The position numbers and the translations under genes are program-made. This document shows positions 46,746-56,113 of a DNA stretch of 64,000 nt, one piece after another. This DNA is from Candidatus Acidiferrales bacterium (GTDB taxonomy: Bacteria > Acidobacteriota > Terriglobia > Acidiferrales > UBA7541). The notes under the pieces were generated by a model, which ran no database searches, was not told the DNA's origin, and saw only the letters and a program-made list of their open reading frames with translations. The stretch's first letter is position 1. Every line of letters starts with the position of its first letter. The stretch covers positions 688 to 64,687 of the forward strand of contig DATFSH010000012.1 of NCBI GenBank assembly GCA_035262725.1, read 5' to 3'.

Positions 46746-46911
46746 CGTAGTTTAGAGATTTAGGCTAACGAAATTGTTTCGGCGGGGCAAGGAAGTCGAA
46801 ACCAAGGTTTCCCATCAGATACGGGGGTGCACGATTGGGCGAATCCAAAGAGAAGGATTCAGATCGGCGAAATTAGTGCAGGTTGATGCGAAACATCAGA
46901 AACAAAGAGAG

Positions 46912-47997
46912 TTAGTCAGCTTCGGCCGTGGAGTTTCCCACTTCAAGGGAACCTGTAACATCTTCAATTTTTCGTTGCAGACGCTTTGCCGGAAGACCCG
47001 CCTGGCGAACTTTATACAAAAGTGCGCGATAGCTGATCTTGAGCACCTCGGCGGACTTCCTGCGGTTCCAGTGATTTTCCTGCAGAACCTTCAAGATTAG
47101 ATCCCGTTCCATCCGACGTGTCACCTGTTGCGCGAGGCGCTTGAGCGGAATCTTGCCGTCATCGGAAAGCTCATAGGAGAAGTTGAACGGCTTCTTCTCT
47201 TCCCCCGGACATTCCAGATGAAACGCTTCCTCCGAGCCGAGGATCACGTAGCGCGCCATGCAATTCTCCAGCTCGCGGATGTTCCCGGGCCAAGTTCGTT
47301 GTTGCAGGAGCTGCAACACTTCGCGAGATACGGGGTGCGCGTCGCGCTGGTAGCGCCGATTGAACTGTTGGCGCAGATATTCAACGAGGTAAGGAATATC
47401 CTCGCGGCGGTCGCGCAGCGGCGGTAAGGTAATGCTGATCACGTTGATGCGGTAAAAGAGGTCGGCGCGGAATCCGCCCGACTCGATTTCGTGCTGCAGC
47501 TGCCGATTGGTCGCGCAGATTACGCGCGCATCCACTCGCTTCTCTTCGTGGTCGCCGATGCTGGTGAAATGGCCGTCTTGCAGAACATGCAGCAGCTTGG
47601 CCTGCAGGCTCGCGTCGAGTTCGGCGATTTCATCGAGGAAAAGAGTTCCACCTTGCGCCAGTTCCATGCGGCCGGGTTTCGATGCGTGCGCTCCCGTGAA
47701 AGCTCCTTTCTGAAATCCGAACAACTCGCTTTCGAGAAGCGTGCCAGGGATTGCCGGGCAGTTTACCTTCACGAACGGGCCTCCCTGCCAGGGAGATCGT
47801 TCGTGAATGAAACGCGCCAGCACCTCTTTTCCTGTGCCGCTTTCACCCAGGACGAGCATGGGCACGTTTAAGCCGGCCGCGCGGAGTACCTTCTGCCGCA
47901 CAGCCTGCATCGTAACCGACGGTCCGAAAAAGACGTTGTCAGGTGGTAGTTCGAGGGATTGGACCGAATTCAGCCTTGCTTCCGCCGCAGATGCCAT
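46912..47997 (-). CDS. Sigma-54-dependent enhancer-binding protein lacking an N-terminal sensory/receiver domain
   Basis: ATG at 47997. The AAA+ core starts about 25 aa from the N-terminus: 'LVLGESGTGKEV', 'ESELFGFQKGAFTGA' (GAFTGA), 'LFLDEI', 'RADLFYRINV'. C-terminal Fis-type HTH 'NRRKSAEVLKISYRALLYKVRQ'. Confidence 0.85.
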   Translation of the reverse strand: MASAAEARLNSVQSLELPPDNVFFGPSVTMQAVRQKVLRAAGLNVPMLVLGESGTGKEVLARFIHERSPWQGGPFVKVNCPAIPGTLLESELFGFQKGAFTGAHASKPGRMELAQGGTLFLDEIAELDASLQAKLLHVLQDGHFTSIGDHEEKRVDARVICATNRQLQHEIESGGFRADLFYRINVISITLPPLRDRREDIPYLVEYLRQQFNRRYQRDAHPVSREVLQLLQQRTWPGNIRELENCMARYVILGSEEAFHLECPGEEKKPFNFSYELSDDGKIPLKRLAQQVTRRMERDLILKVLQENHWNRRKSAEVLKISYRALLYKVRQAGLPAKRLQRKIEDVTGSLEVGNSTAEAD

Positions 47998-48299
47998 TGA
48001 GTCTAGAGCCGCCCCCGCGCCGGAATCGGCGCCGCCACACCGGATGCACATAAGCCGCCAAACGTCACAAGGGGTTTAAGCGGGGCAGCAGGTCCGTTTT
48101 GTTTCAACTGTTTACGTTTGGCGCCTGCTGAGGCGATCTGACGCGCAACCGACCCTGAAACCCTATCGGCGCGAATTCGAGGCGAAAAAGCAGTAGGGAA
48201 AGAAAGTAATTGTCTCTTTCGGGAAGTCACTTTCCCACGCCAGAGGCGTAGGCACCTCATTAACAAGGTGTTATGGATTCCATTGTGCTACAGGTTGCC

Positions 48300-48734
48300 C
48301 TATCGCTGGGGGAAAATCAGGGCCTCGAGCATATCCGCGCGCGCTTTTTGGTCGGAGGCAAACAATTTCAACAGGTCCGTTACCGAAATCATGCCCTGAT
48401 AGCCCTTCTCGTGATCAAGGACAACGAGATGATAGATACCGTTTTGCTCCATCAGACGCAGGCAATCTTCCAGCGATGTGTCGGGGGTAGCTGTAACGAG
48501 CTCCCGCGTCATGATCTCTGTGACCCGCATCCACGCCGGGCATTTATTTTCGGCTGCGACCTTGTCGGAAACGTCGCTCTGCGACACCACTCCCTGCAGC
48601 ACTCCGTGTTTGTCGCACACCCCGACGGCACGGACCTCGCGTTGCCGCAAGTATCGAGCAGCATCGTGAACCGTCGTGTCCTCCGGTATCGAGTAAACTT
48701 CCCGGCGAGATGAAATCAGGTCCGCGATTCTCAT
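48300..48734 (-). CDS. Stand-alone CBS-pair domain protein
   Basis: Two CBS units ('VYSIPEDTTVHDAARYL..VRAVGVCDKHGVLQGVVSQSDV' and 'IMTRELVTATPDTSLEDCLRLMEQNGIYHLVVLDHEKGYQGMISVTDL'). Confidence 0.85.
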   Translation of the reverse strand: MRIADLISSRREVYSIPEDTTVHDAARYLRQREVRAVGVCDKHGVLQGVVSQSDVSDKVAAENKCPAWMRVTEIMTRELVTATPDTSLEDCLRLMEQNGIYHLVVLDHEKGYQGMISVTDLLKLFASDQKARADMLEALIFPQR

Positions 48735-48916
48735 CGGACCCTCCTAGGATTCAGCTACATTCATGCTAGGCCCAGTTCCATGGGAAAGGCAACAGAATTT
48801 CGGGAGATGCGCGTTCCGAGAGCTTCCCAGATGGAAATGGCAATGTGAGATGACCATGCGTCGGCAACGTGACGCCACAGTCGTTATGAGCCTTCGGGAC
48901 TCGCCACTTCAGGAAA

Positions 48917-49255
48917 CTACGCGCGAGCGCCGTCGCCCCGAATGATGTCGTAGCGCTCAATCACCGCCGCTACTCCGATCGATTCTTGGTCATCGTCGCG
49001 CTGTTTATCCACGCGAACCACACGTCCGTGGGCGCGCACAAAAACTTCCGATCCGCGGGTGATTTCGGCCGGTAACGTGAGTGTAAAATCCACTTCAGTG
49101 CCGGGAGAGAGTTCCTTTTGCATGATGAAGTAAACGCCGCGCGTCGAGATATCTCGAGTCTGGCCGTCGTGCGTTCCAGGCTCTCGGGTAATCGGGAGGC
49201 GAACGTTTACTGGTAGCGACAAATCATAACGGCGGGCCAAGCGACGCTCCGTCAT
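48917..49255 (-). CDS. Stand-alone PilZ-domain protein (c-di-GMP receptor motifs intact)
   Basis: 'ERRLARRYDL' (RxxxR) and 'DISTRGVYF' (DxSxxG). 112 aa. Confidence 0.8.
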   Translation of the reverse strand: MTERRLARRYDLSLPVNVRLPITREPGTHDGQTRDISTRGVYFIMQKELSPGTEVDFTLTLPAEITRGSEVFVRAHGRVVRVDKQRDDDQESIGVAAVIERYDIIRGDGARA

Positions 49256-49279
49256 TCCCGCTGCTCCTCCAGGACTGGA

Positions 49280-49495
49280 TTAGAAGTAGTACACCACCCC
49301 ATCACAAACCGTAGCAATCGCTCTTCCAAAAACCTGCAAGCGACCAGCTTGCGCACGCGTTACCGCAGTTGTGTTCTCGCGCACAACGCAGCCAAATTTT
49401 GCTTGCCGGCCAAACGCTTTGGAAACAGCGATTAAGGATTCCTCGAGACTACGCGTAAGTACGGGCCGTTTTACCGAGTCGGGGAAATGACCCAT
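49280..49495 (-). CDS. Small hypothetical protein (71 aa), weak call
   Basis: ORF 49280..49507 with ATG at 49495. It ends 24 nt upstream of the PilZ gene on the same strand. No recognisable motif and no clear RBS. Confidence 0.25.
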   Translation of the reverse strand: MGHFPDSVKRPVLTRSLEESLIAVSKAFGRQAKFGCVVRENTTAVTRAQAGRLQVFGRAIATVCDGVVYYF

Positions 49496-49581
49496 TTCGG
49501 AGGGCAATACTAGACTAAGCCTAACACGTTGGGTAGAGATATTTCTGTACTGTTGCTCTTGTTATGCAACTCTTTTCAGGA

Positions 49582-49606
49582 CATAGGACGCACGGACCGT
49601 CCTATG
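49582..49606 (-). terminator. Hairpin downstream of the NtrC-like gene (non-canonical terminator candidate)
   Basis: CATAGGACG-7 nt-CGTCCTATG, a 9-bp perfect stem about 100 nt after the stop. No U-tract on the minus strand. Confidence 0.3.
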
Positions 49607-49706
49607 CCGCCCTAGTACTCCGCGTACTTTATTAACACGAGCGGAACGTAGCTGGATCTAACCCCGCAGAATCCCGAAACACCTTGCTTTTGTCGGATCG
49701 CTCCGG

Positions 49707-51215
49707 TCACGAACCTCGGATTGCTGGCGTGGTCGGCGATGCCTCTTTTGCCGCAGCTTCGGCTGCGGCCGCTTCTTTCAACGCCGCTTCTTTGGCAGCT
49801 CTCGCGGCTGCGTTGCGCGAACCGCGTCCCGAGTCCAAATTGAATTGCCGCATTTTGTAAAGTAATGCTTTGTAGCTGATGCCCAGCATTTTCGCGGCAT
49901 CCTTGCGGCACCAATTCGTTTTATCGAGCGCTTCGGCGATCGCTTCCATCTCCGCTTCATCTTTCAAGCCGCGCACCAGGGCCTTCAGCCCCTGCTCTTT
50001 GGGAGCGGCAGGTTCTTCGCGCGGCGCGGTGCGATGTTGTTGTCCCGTCATCTCGACCAGTTCGCGGAAGCTCCCTTCGTCATCCTCGAGAATCACGTAG
50101 CGCTTCACAAAGTTTTCGAGCTCGCGCAAGTTTCCCGGCCACGAGTAGCGTAGCGCGGCTTCCAGCAAATGTTTCGAAGGCTCCATCGCCGGCTTCTGGT
50201 ATTTCTCCGCGTACTTCACCAGGAAATGCCGGAACAGCAGCGGAATTTCCGACGTTCGCTCTCGCAGCGGCGGAATGTGAATCGAGAGCACATTCAACCG
50301 GTAGTACAAATCTTCCCGAAACCGCCCGCTGCGCATCGCTTCCTTCACGTCCATATTGGTCGCGGCCAGCACGCGCACATCCACGTTCACCACCGAACGC
50401 GCCCCCAGCCGCGAATACTGGCCGTCTTGCAGCACGTGCAGCAGCTTCGCCTGCAGATGCGGGCTCATCTCCGCAATCTCGTCGAGGAAAATCGTTCCTT
50501 TGTTCGCCAGTTCGAATTTACCAGGCTTCGACCGCACGGCGCCGGTGAACGCTCCCTGATCGTATCCAAATAATTCCGACTCCAGCAGTTCCCCCGGCAG
50601 TGCCGCACAATTCACTTTAATAAACGGCAATTGCCGCCGCATCGAGCGCAGGTGAATCATCCGCGCTACCACTTCTTTTCCCACCCCGCTCTCGCCGCTG
50701 ATAAACACCGGCACATCCACCGGTGCAATCTGCAAAATCTGCTGGCGGATTTTCAGCATTTGCGGGCTGGACGCCAGGAACGAGAGGTCTTCGGTAAGTT
50801 GCTCGCAGTATTCCCTCAGCGCCTGGTTCTCCGAACGCAACTGCTGCTTCTGCCGCACTTTCAAAAATGCGGCGTCCAGTTCTGGTTTCTCAAAGGGTTT
50901 CGTCAGGTAATCGAGCGCACCCAGGCGGATCGCTTCCACCACCGTGGTCACTTCGTTTGAGCAGGACAGCATGATCACGTTCAGCGACCGGTCGAGTTGC
51001 ATCAACTGCCGCAACGTCTCCAGGCCGTCTATCTCCGGCATCAGCACGTCGAGGATCACGAAATCGGGGCGATCGCCCGAGCCGATTTTCTGCAGCGCGT
51101 CCTTGCCGCTCGGCACGGCTTCCACCGCGAAACCGTCGACCTCGAGCAGCGTTTGCAGATACTTTCGTATGCTCGGTTCGTCGTCTACTACCAGAATTTT
51201 CTCTTTGTCGGCCAT
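49707..51215 (-). CDS. NtrC-family sigma-54-dependent response regulator (REC + AAA+ + Fis HTH)
   Basis: 'ILVVDDEPSIR', 'DFVILDVLMPEIDG', 'ISGESGVGKEV', 'ESELFGYDQGAFTGA', and HTH 'CRKDAAKMLGISYKALLYKMRQ'. Ala/Lys-rich C-terminal tail. Confidence 0.9.
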   Translation of the reverse strand: MADKEKILVVDDEPSIRKYLQTLLEVDGFAVEAVPSGKDALQKIGSGDRPDFVILDVLMPEIDGLETLRQLMQLDRSLNVIMLSCSNEVTTVVEAIRLGALDYLTKPFEKPELDAAFLKVRQKQQLRSENQALREYCEQLTEDLSFLASSPQMLKIRQQILQIAPVDVPVFISGESGVGKEVVARMIHLRSMRRQLPFIKVNCAALPGELLESELFGYDQGAFTGAVRSKPGKFELANKGTIFLDEIAEMSPHLQAKLLHVLQDGQYSRLGARSVVNVDVRVLAATNMDVKEAMRSGRFREDLYYRLNVLSIHIPPLRERTSEIPLLFRHFLVKYAEKYQKPAMEPSKHLLEAALRYSWPGNLRELENFVKRYVILEDDEGSFRELVEMTGQQHRTAPREEPAAPKEQGLKALVRGLKDEAEMEAIAEALDKTNWCRKDAAKMLGISYKALLYKMRQFNLDSGRGSRNAAARAAKEAALKEAAAAEAAAKEASPTTPAIRGS

Positions 51216-51268
51216 TATTTGTCCTGATTTACCTGGGGAAACATTGTCGCTCCAACAATTGCGTTCGC

Positions 51269-52471
51269 CTACTCCGCATTCATAGGCAGTAAGAATGAAA
51301 ACGTGCTTCCGCGTCCCACTTCGCTATCCACCCATACCTTGCCACGATGCGCCTGGATCAATCTTTTCGTGATCGCCAGGCCCAGTCCCATCCCGGACGA
51401 CGACGGATCGACGCGCACGAATTCTTCGAAAATTTCCTGGTGATACTCCGCCGCAATTCCCGCCCCGCTGTCGTTTACCGAAATCAACATGCTGTTCGGC
51501 CGCGCTCCTGTCCCACGCCGGCGCCGTTCTGTGGAAGGGGGCGCATCCGAAATTCGCCGCTCCCAGAAATGCAATTCCGCTCGCAACGTCACCGTGCCGC
51601 CCGCCTGCGTGTGTTTTAGCGCGTTATCCAGTAGGTTGGCCATGCATTGCTGCACTTTCTGGTAGTCGAATCTAAAATGAGGCATTTCGTCGGACATTTT
51701 GATTTCGAGATGAACGTCAGCCCGCTTGAACGCGTCCTGCCAGCGGCAGGTCAAATCCGTCACGCAGTCCCGCAGGTCGTTGTCGCGCAACTGCAACACC
51801 AGCTTGCCGCTCTCCAGCGCCGAGTAGTTCAGGAACATCGAAACCAGCCGCACCAGCCGGTCGCAGCTCTCTTTGGAATCCTGCACGATCTCGCGCTGCC
51901 GATCGCTCAATTTTCCGAGCGATCCCGAAAGCAGCAAATCGTAGTAGCCCTTCATCACAGCTAGAGGAGTTTTCAGCTCATGTGCGGCCGACGCAAGGAA
52001 CACTGTCTTTTGCCGGTTCGCTTCCTGCAGCCGCAGGTAAGCCGCGAGAAGGTTTCGATAGGTGATCTCGCGCTCCTGCATCAGCTCCTGCACCGTTTGC
52101 CGCATGGCCGCTTCATCCGCAGGTGCATCGGCCGGTGCGGGCTCGATGTAAATAACCAGCCAATCGGGCTCAGGCAGCCAGCGCACGCGCGCGCGTCCCT
52201 TGCCCTGCGCCTGGGAAAATGGCAGGCTTACTTCCTGCTCGCCGGCTTGCAGTTGAGTGAGGACACTCTTCCCGTCGGTATTTAGAAATTCCGTGAAGAT
52301 ATTGAGGTCCGAGTTGATGTCGAGCCCGCGCGCGCTCAGCATGTCCTGCGCGTGCAGATTCGTGAACAAGATCCGTCCGCCGCGATTCGCCACAAGCAGT
52401 GGCCGGTCAAACGCGTCCAGTAAGCTCGTAACCAGGCTTAGAACGGCGGGGCCGCTCGCAGCTTGGTCCAT
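51269..52471 (-). CDS. Cytoplasmic PAS-type sensor histidine kinase
   Basis: ATG at 52471. PAS-like 'PLLVANRGGRILFTNLHAQDML', H-box 'FLASAAHELKTPLAVMKGY', N/G boxes 'LDNALKHT' and 'DSGAGIAAEY..GMGLGLAI'. 53 nt upstream of the NtrC-like gene. Confidence 0.88.
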   Translation of the reverse strand: MDQAASGPAVLSLVTSLLDAFDRPLLVANRGGRILFTNLHAQDMLSARGLDINSDLNIFTEFLNTDGKSVLTQLQAGEQEVSLPFSQAQGKGRARVRWLPEPDWLVIYIEPAPADAPADEAAMRQTVQELMQEREITYRNLLAAYLRLQEANRQKTVFLASAAHELKTPLAVMKGYYDLLLSGSLGKLSDRQREIVQDSKESCDRLVRLVSMFLNYSALESGKLVLQLRDNDLRDCVTDLTCRWQDAFKRADVHLEIKMSDEMPHFRFDYQKVQQCMANLLDNALKHTQAGGTVTLRAELHFWERRISDAPPSTERRRRGTGARPNSMLISVNDSGAGIAAEYHQEIFEEFVRVDPSSSGMGLGLAITKRLIQAHRGKVWVDSEVGRGSTFSFLLPMNAE

Positions 52472-52813
52472 AGCTAAGTTATTGGACAGAAAGAACCTCC
52501 TAGGACGTTCCCACTCACCGGGGCGAAGACACCCTTCTTTCCCAGAGCCGTTGTGAAAGAGGAGGGTTCCTTGCGCTCGCGAAAGTGATGCTCGCAAAGG
52601 GCAAAAAAAGTGTCAATGGTAAATGCGTTCTACTTTGCACAAATGAGGAACGTACCGGGCCAAAAATAACAATTATGACCGCTAGTCATTATAGTGTCGA
52701 TCTGCTGACTCTCTGTATATTGTTGAAACTAAAGCCTGCAAATCTTTAGCAGGGTTTGACCAAGTCTTGCATTCAAATTGCGAGTTAGAGCAGTACTAAA
52801 ACCGGGGTACCGA

Positions 52814-53176
52814 ATGTCCGTTAAAGAGACCGTAACCCAGCACCGTCTTGGCGTAGTGCAGACATATGAAGAGCGTCGGCGATTTCAAAGACTCCGTCTC
52901 CAGGTCCCCATGTTCATCCGGGGCCGGGATGCGTACGGTGAACAGTTCCTTGAATTGGCTAAGACTCTTGATATCAGTGCGATAGGTGCATTTATAACCA
53001 GCCCTCGTCCCTTGGCCGTTGGCGAGATGATTACGCTCACGATCCCGGCTCCTTCAATCACTTCGTCAGCCTTGGTTCCCTCGGGAATGCCGCCTATTCA
53101 GGCCAAGGTTAAGCGTTGCCAGGAAGCTGGCGACGTCCAGTTGATCGGCGTCGAGTTCCTCAAGCCGATTGGCTAA
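52814..53176 (+). CDS. Stand-alone PilZ-domain protein (second)
   Basis: ATG at 52814. 'EERRRFQRLRL' (RxxxR) and 'DISAIGAFI' (DxSxxG). Divergent from the kinase gene. Confidence 0.8.
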   Translation: MSVKETVTQHRLGVVQTYEERRRFQRLRLQVPMFIRGRDAYGEQFLELAKTLDISAIGAFITSPRPLAVGEMITLTIPAPSITSSALVPSGMPPIQAKVKRCQEAGDVQLIGVEFLKPIG

Positions 53177-53362
53177 ACTTCTTCTGCTTGTGCCTGCCTC
53201 GATTTGAAAAAACTGTAGTGGAATAGTCGAAAAGGCGAAACGTTTTCTCACTCCCTCTACCTGACCGCTTTGAAACACCCATCGCGGCATATCCACAATG
53301 CTACAACTATCGATTTAAGAGCAGCTTACATGTTTTTCCGGTAACGATTTCCGGCTTTCAAT

Positions 53363-53378
53363 TGGGCTGCTCCTTGCT
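53363..53378 (+). promoter_or_regulatory. Candidate sigma-54 (-24/-12) promoter upstream of the GGDEF-PilZ gene
   Basis: TGGGCT-GCTCC-TTGCT has GG and GC at the canonical 10-nt separation (compare TGGCAC-N5-TTGCW). It ends about 70 nt before the start codon. It overlaps a possible sigma-70 -10 (TATAGT), so it is ambiguous. Confidence 0.3.
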
Positions 53379-53448
53379 ATAGTATCCGTGCCCCGCAGGG
53401 TTCCCTGATTAGCTTCGGGGAAAATAGAACTCTATTCGGAACCTATTG

Positions 53449-54759
53449 ATGCCTGTGCCCGGCGAAGCTTCCCAGCCGCAGCCGTCGCCCGAAGACTCGT
53501 TCCTGGATCTCTTAATTGAGACCCTCGAGGGCCTTGATGCCTCGGTGCGCGGCCAGTTCCTACGCCAATATTTCCGCACGATTGCGCAGATCGACCTCAC
53601 CGAGACGCAGAGCAACGAATACTGGCAGCGAATACTCGCCCGCCGCCGCGAACTAGCCGAAAGTCTCGGGCGTCCCGTTTCCCTAAAGACTGCCATGGTC
53701 GATGTGCTCGCCACGACGAACTTCTTCCGCGTTCCCATCTTGATGGAATACGAAGAATTCAAGAAACTTCAGGTCAACGCCGCCACCGATGCATTGACCG
53801 GCCTCTACAACCGACGCCTCTTTGACGAGTACAGCGAAAAGGAACTGAATCGCGCGAAACGCTACAACCAGCAGCTCGCCTTTGTGATTCTCGATGTGCA
53901 CAAATTGAAAGAAGTGAACGATCGCCGCGGGCATCTGCAGGGCGACCAGATCCTGCAACTCGCTGCCACCATGCTCAGAAAAACAATGCGCGCCTCCGAT
54001 TTCGCCTTTCGCATTGGCGGCGATGAATTCGCGCTGCTGCTGCCGGAAACCGATCCCGAACAGGCCAATACGCTTTGCCGCCGTATCCGCACGCAGTTTG
54101 AAAACGATATTCGCGAAATGAAACTCGATATTGGCGTCACCTTGGATTTTGGAATCGCGGTTCATCCCCAGGACGGAGACTCCAAGCGCACTCTTCTCGG
54201 TTTGGCGGACAAGCAGTTGTATGAATTGAAAAATATCGGTCGCGATGCAGGGCCCACGCCGTTTTCACGTCGCGGGCGCCCGGAAACCTTCCCACCTCGC
54301 GAGGAGAAGGAAAGCCCGCGTGAAACTGCTACTCCCGAAGCTCCTCCGAAAAATGCAGCGCGCAATGAATCTGCTTCGCGCACAACGCCGCCGCGCGAAA
54401 TTCCATCGGTTCCGCGTACGCCTTTCGCGCGGCCCTCACCTCCAGCTGGTTTTCCCCATGCCCCGCAACCGCCGCGAGCCGAGCCGGATGTCGAGCATCG
54501 CAAATTTGAACGCGTCTCTTTGGCCGGCACGAAAGCCTATGCGGTTCTCGCGGAAGCCTCTCAGCACCACGCGGCCGTCGTAGACCTCAGCTATGGGGGA
54601 GTTGCGCTGCTAGTCGAAAAGCCTGAAGAACTTCCGGCACAATTCAACGCTATCCTGCACGTCCCGATTCTTCCGCCTGTGCGCGTCGTTCTGCACAAGA
54701 CTTACACCCAACACCTCGAAGGCGGTCGCTCCCGCGTCGGTTGTTCTTTCGTCTCCTAG
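53449..54759 (+). CDS. Diguanylate cyclase (GGDEF with RxxD I-site) fused to a C-terminal PilZ domain
   Basis: 'TDALTGLYNRR', 'RASDFAFRIGGDEFALLL' (I-site RASD five residues before GGDEF), and a Pro-rich linker. PilZ follows: 'EHRKFERVSL' and 'DLSYGGVALLV'. Confidence 0.88.
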   Translation: MPVPGEASQPQPSPEDSFLDLLIETLEGLDASVRGQFLRQYFRTIAQIDLTETQSNEYWQRILARRRELAESLGRPVSLKTAMVDVLATTNFFRVPILMEYEEFKKLQVNAATDALTGLYNRRLFDEYSEKELNRAKRYNQQLAFVILDVHKLKEVNDRRGHLQGDQILQLAATMLRKTMRASDFAFRIGGDEFALLLPETDPEQANTLCRRIRTQFENDIREMKLDIGVTLDFGIAVHPQDGDSKRTLLGLADKQLYELKNIGRDAGPTPFSRRGRPETFPPREEKESPRETATPEAPPKNAARNESASRTTPPREIPSVPRTPFARPSPPAGFPHAPQPPRAEPDVEHRKFERVSLAGTKAYAVLAEASQHHAAVVDLSYGGVALLVEKPEELPAQFNAILHVPILPPVRVVLHKTYTQHLEGGRSRVGCSFVS

Positions 54760-54770
54760 TCCCATCCTCG

Positions 54771-55019
54771 CTAGTGCACCAAATCATTTCCGGTATCAGG
54801 CCCGTCGGTCTTTTCGAGTTCGTGTTCGGCCTCGAGCCACTCATCCAGCGTATACCCGCCGCTTACCGCGCCGTGCTGATGGTGAATCTCGCAGGCCCGG
54901 CGCTGTATATCCTCCAGGCTGGGTGGGTGATGATTCTCATGCCCTTCAGACTTTCCCTCGAATAGAAGCACCGCCTTACTAAGGCGTTCTACCTTATGAA
55001 TTTCCGCAAACATATCCAC
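54771..55019 (-). CDS. DUF2934-family small protein
   Basis: 'EDIQRRACEIHHQHGAVSGGYTLDEWLEAEHEL' matches the DUF2934 pattern (rAyeIw..rG...g.dldDWl.AE.el). Confidence 0.65.
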   Translation of the reverse strand: MDMFAEIHKVERLSKAVLLFEGKSEGHENHHPPSLEDIQRRACEIHHQHGAVSGGYTLDEWLEAEHELEKTDGPDTGNDLVH

Positions 55020-55233
55020 AGAGCCTCTTCTCAGGCAACTTCTTTCTCCTCCAATTTTGCCTGCTATCTATTTGACGCTTTCGCGACAGCGCTGGTTGCG
55101 TTTTTCACGCGGAAGAGCGACGCTTCGTCTGCGTGAAAAAAACAAAAGCGGTCGCGGCCAGCTAGTTACACGACGTCGCCGGTGGCACCCTGCACCGAGG
55201 CTCAAAGTCTCATCGCAATTGGAGCGTCGAAAA

Positions 55234-55650
55234 ATGAATTCCGAGTGGGCAAAGAATCTAGCCGAACGCAAGAAAAGCGAGCTCGAAGCCAAGAGACTTC
55301 AGCAGGAAAAGGATCTCAACGACCGTAAGCTCCTCGACACGAATGCCGACAAGATGTGGGTCGAAGTTCGCCGCGCCGCCTCTGGTTGTTGCAGGGAACT
55401 CAACTCCTCGATGGGAAGCGACTACATAAAATTTGAAGGCGCCTCCTACCACAACAGCTTTACCTTGATCACTCCGGAAGCCACTTACACGGCAACATTC
55501 AGCCCTCAGACCTGGCTCCTCTCCGCGCAGGGAACCACATACACGTTGGTCGTAACGGAAGGAAACTCAGTGCTTTGGAAAGATACCCAGGGAAATACAT
55601 TGCCCTCGGAAAGTGTCGCTCAAAATATCGTCGGCGCCGCTTTTCGATGA
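55234..55650 (+). CDS. Hypothetical protein (138 aa)
   Basis: ATG at 55234 after GGAGCG, inside ORF 55057..55650. N-terminal coiled segment, then a beta-rich part. No family recognised. Confidence 0.45.
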   Translation: MNSEWAKNLAERKKSELEAKRLQQEKDLNDRKLLDTNADKMWVEVRRAASGCCRELNSSMGSDYIKFEGASYHNSFTLITPEATYTATFSPQTWLLSAQGTTYTLVVTEGNSVLWKDTQGNTLPSESVAQNIVGAAFR

Positions 55651-55652
55651 TT

Positions 55653-55680
55653 TTGCAAAAACAACGTGCTGCCGTATAAT
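55653..55680 (+). promoter_or_regulatory. Sigma-70-type promoter of rpmE
   Basis: TTGCAA (55653-58), 16-nt spacer, TATAAT (55675-80). It lies about 85 nt upstream of the rpmE ATG. Confidence 0.5.
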
Positions 55681-55765
55681 AGGAGTTTCCCGCTGGCCTA
55701 GCGACGTGACTGTAGTGTCTGAAACCAATCGTCACGCAGACCGGCCAGCCGGTAGGAGCTTTTCA

Positions 55766-56002
55766 ATGAAAGATGGAATTCACCCCGACTATCATCCCGT
55801 TACGGTCCACTGCGCCTGCGGAACCACGTTCCAGACGCGCTCGACCGCAAAAGGCGAGTTGATCCGCGTTGAAATCTGCTCGCAGTGCCATCCATTCTTC
55901 ACCGGCAAACAGAAGCTGATTGACACGGCTGGCCGCGTCGAGCGCTTCCAAAAGAAATACGCCGATAAAGCCGCCGCCACCGGCGGCACAAAGAAAAAGT
56001 AA
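55766..56002 (+). CDS. rpmE: 50S ribosomal protein L31
   Basis: '[27 protein letters not shown]...[31 protein letters not shown]'. TAGGAG RBS. Confidence 0.95.
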   Translation: MKDGIHPDYHPVTVHCACGTTFQTRSTAKGELIRVEICSQCHPFFTGKQKLIDTAGRVERFQKKYADKAAATGGTKKK

Positions 56003-56086
56003 CCGCGCCGCTCGTCCCCGTCGTAAGTCCTCCCGCATTCGCATCGCCGGCGGACCGCATAGCCATTGGCCGCCGTCGCCCATCAG

Positions 56087-56113
56087 TAGGGGCGGGTTTA
56101 AGACCCGCCCGCG
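56087..56113. repeat. REP-like palindromic element
   Basis: GTAGGGGCGGGTTTAAGACCCGCCCGCG lies about 85 nt after the rpmE stop. Same family as 10142 and 62273. Confidence 0.7.

Noticed and set aside
48863-48877. TGGCGT-CACG-TTGCC on the minus strand upstream of the CBS gene, considered as a sigma-54 promoter.
   Set aside because: The spacer is 4 nt instead of 5, so GG and GC are one position too close. Not reported as a feature.
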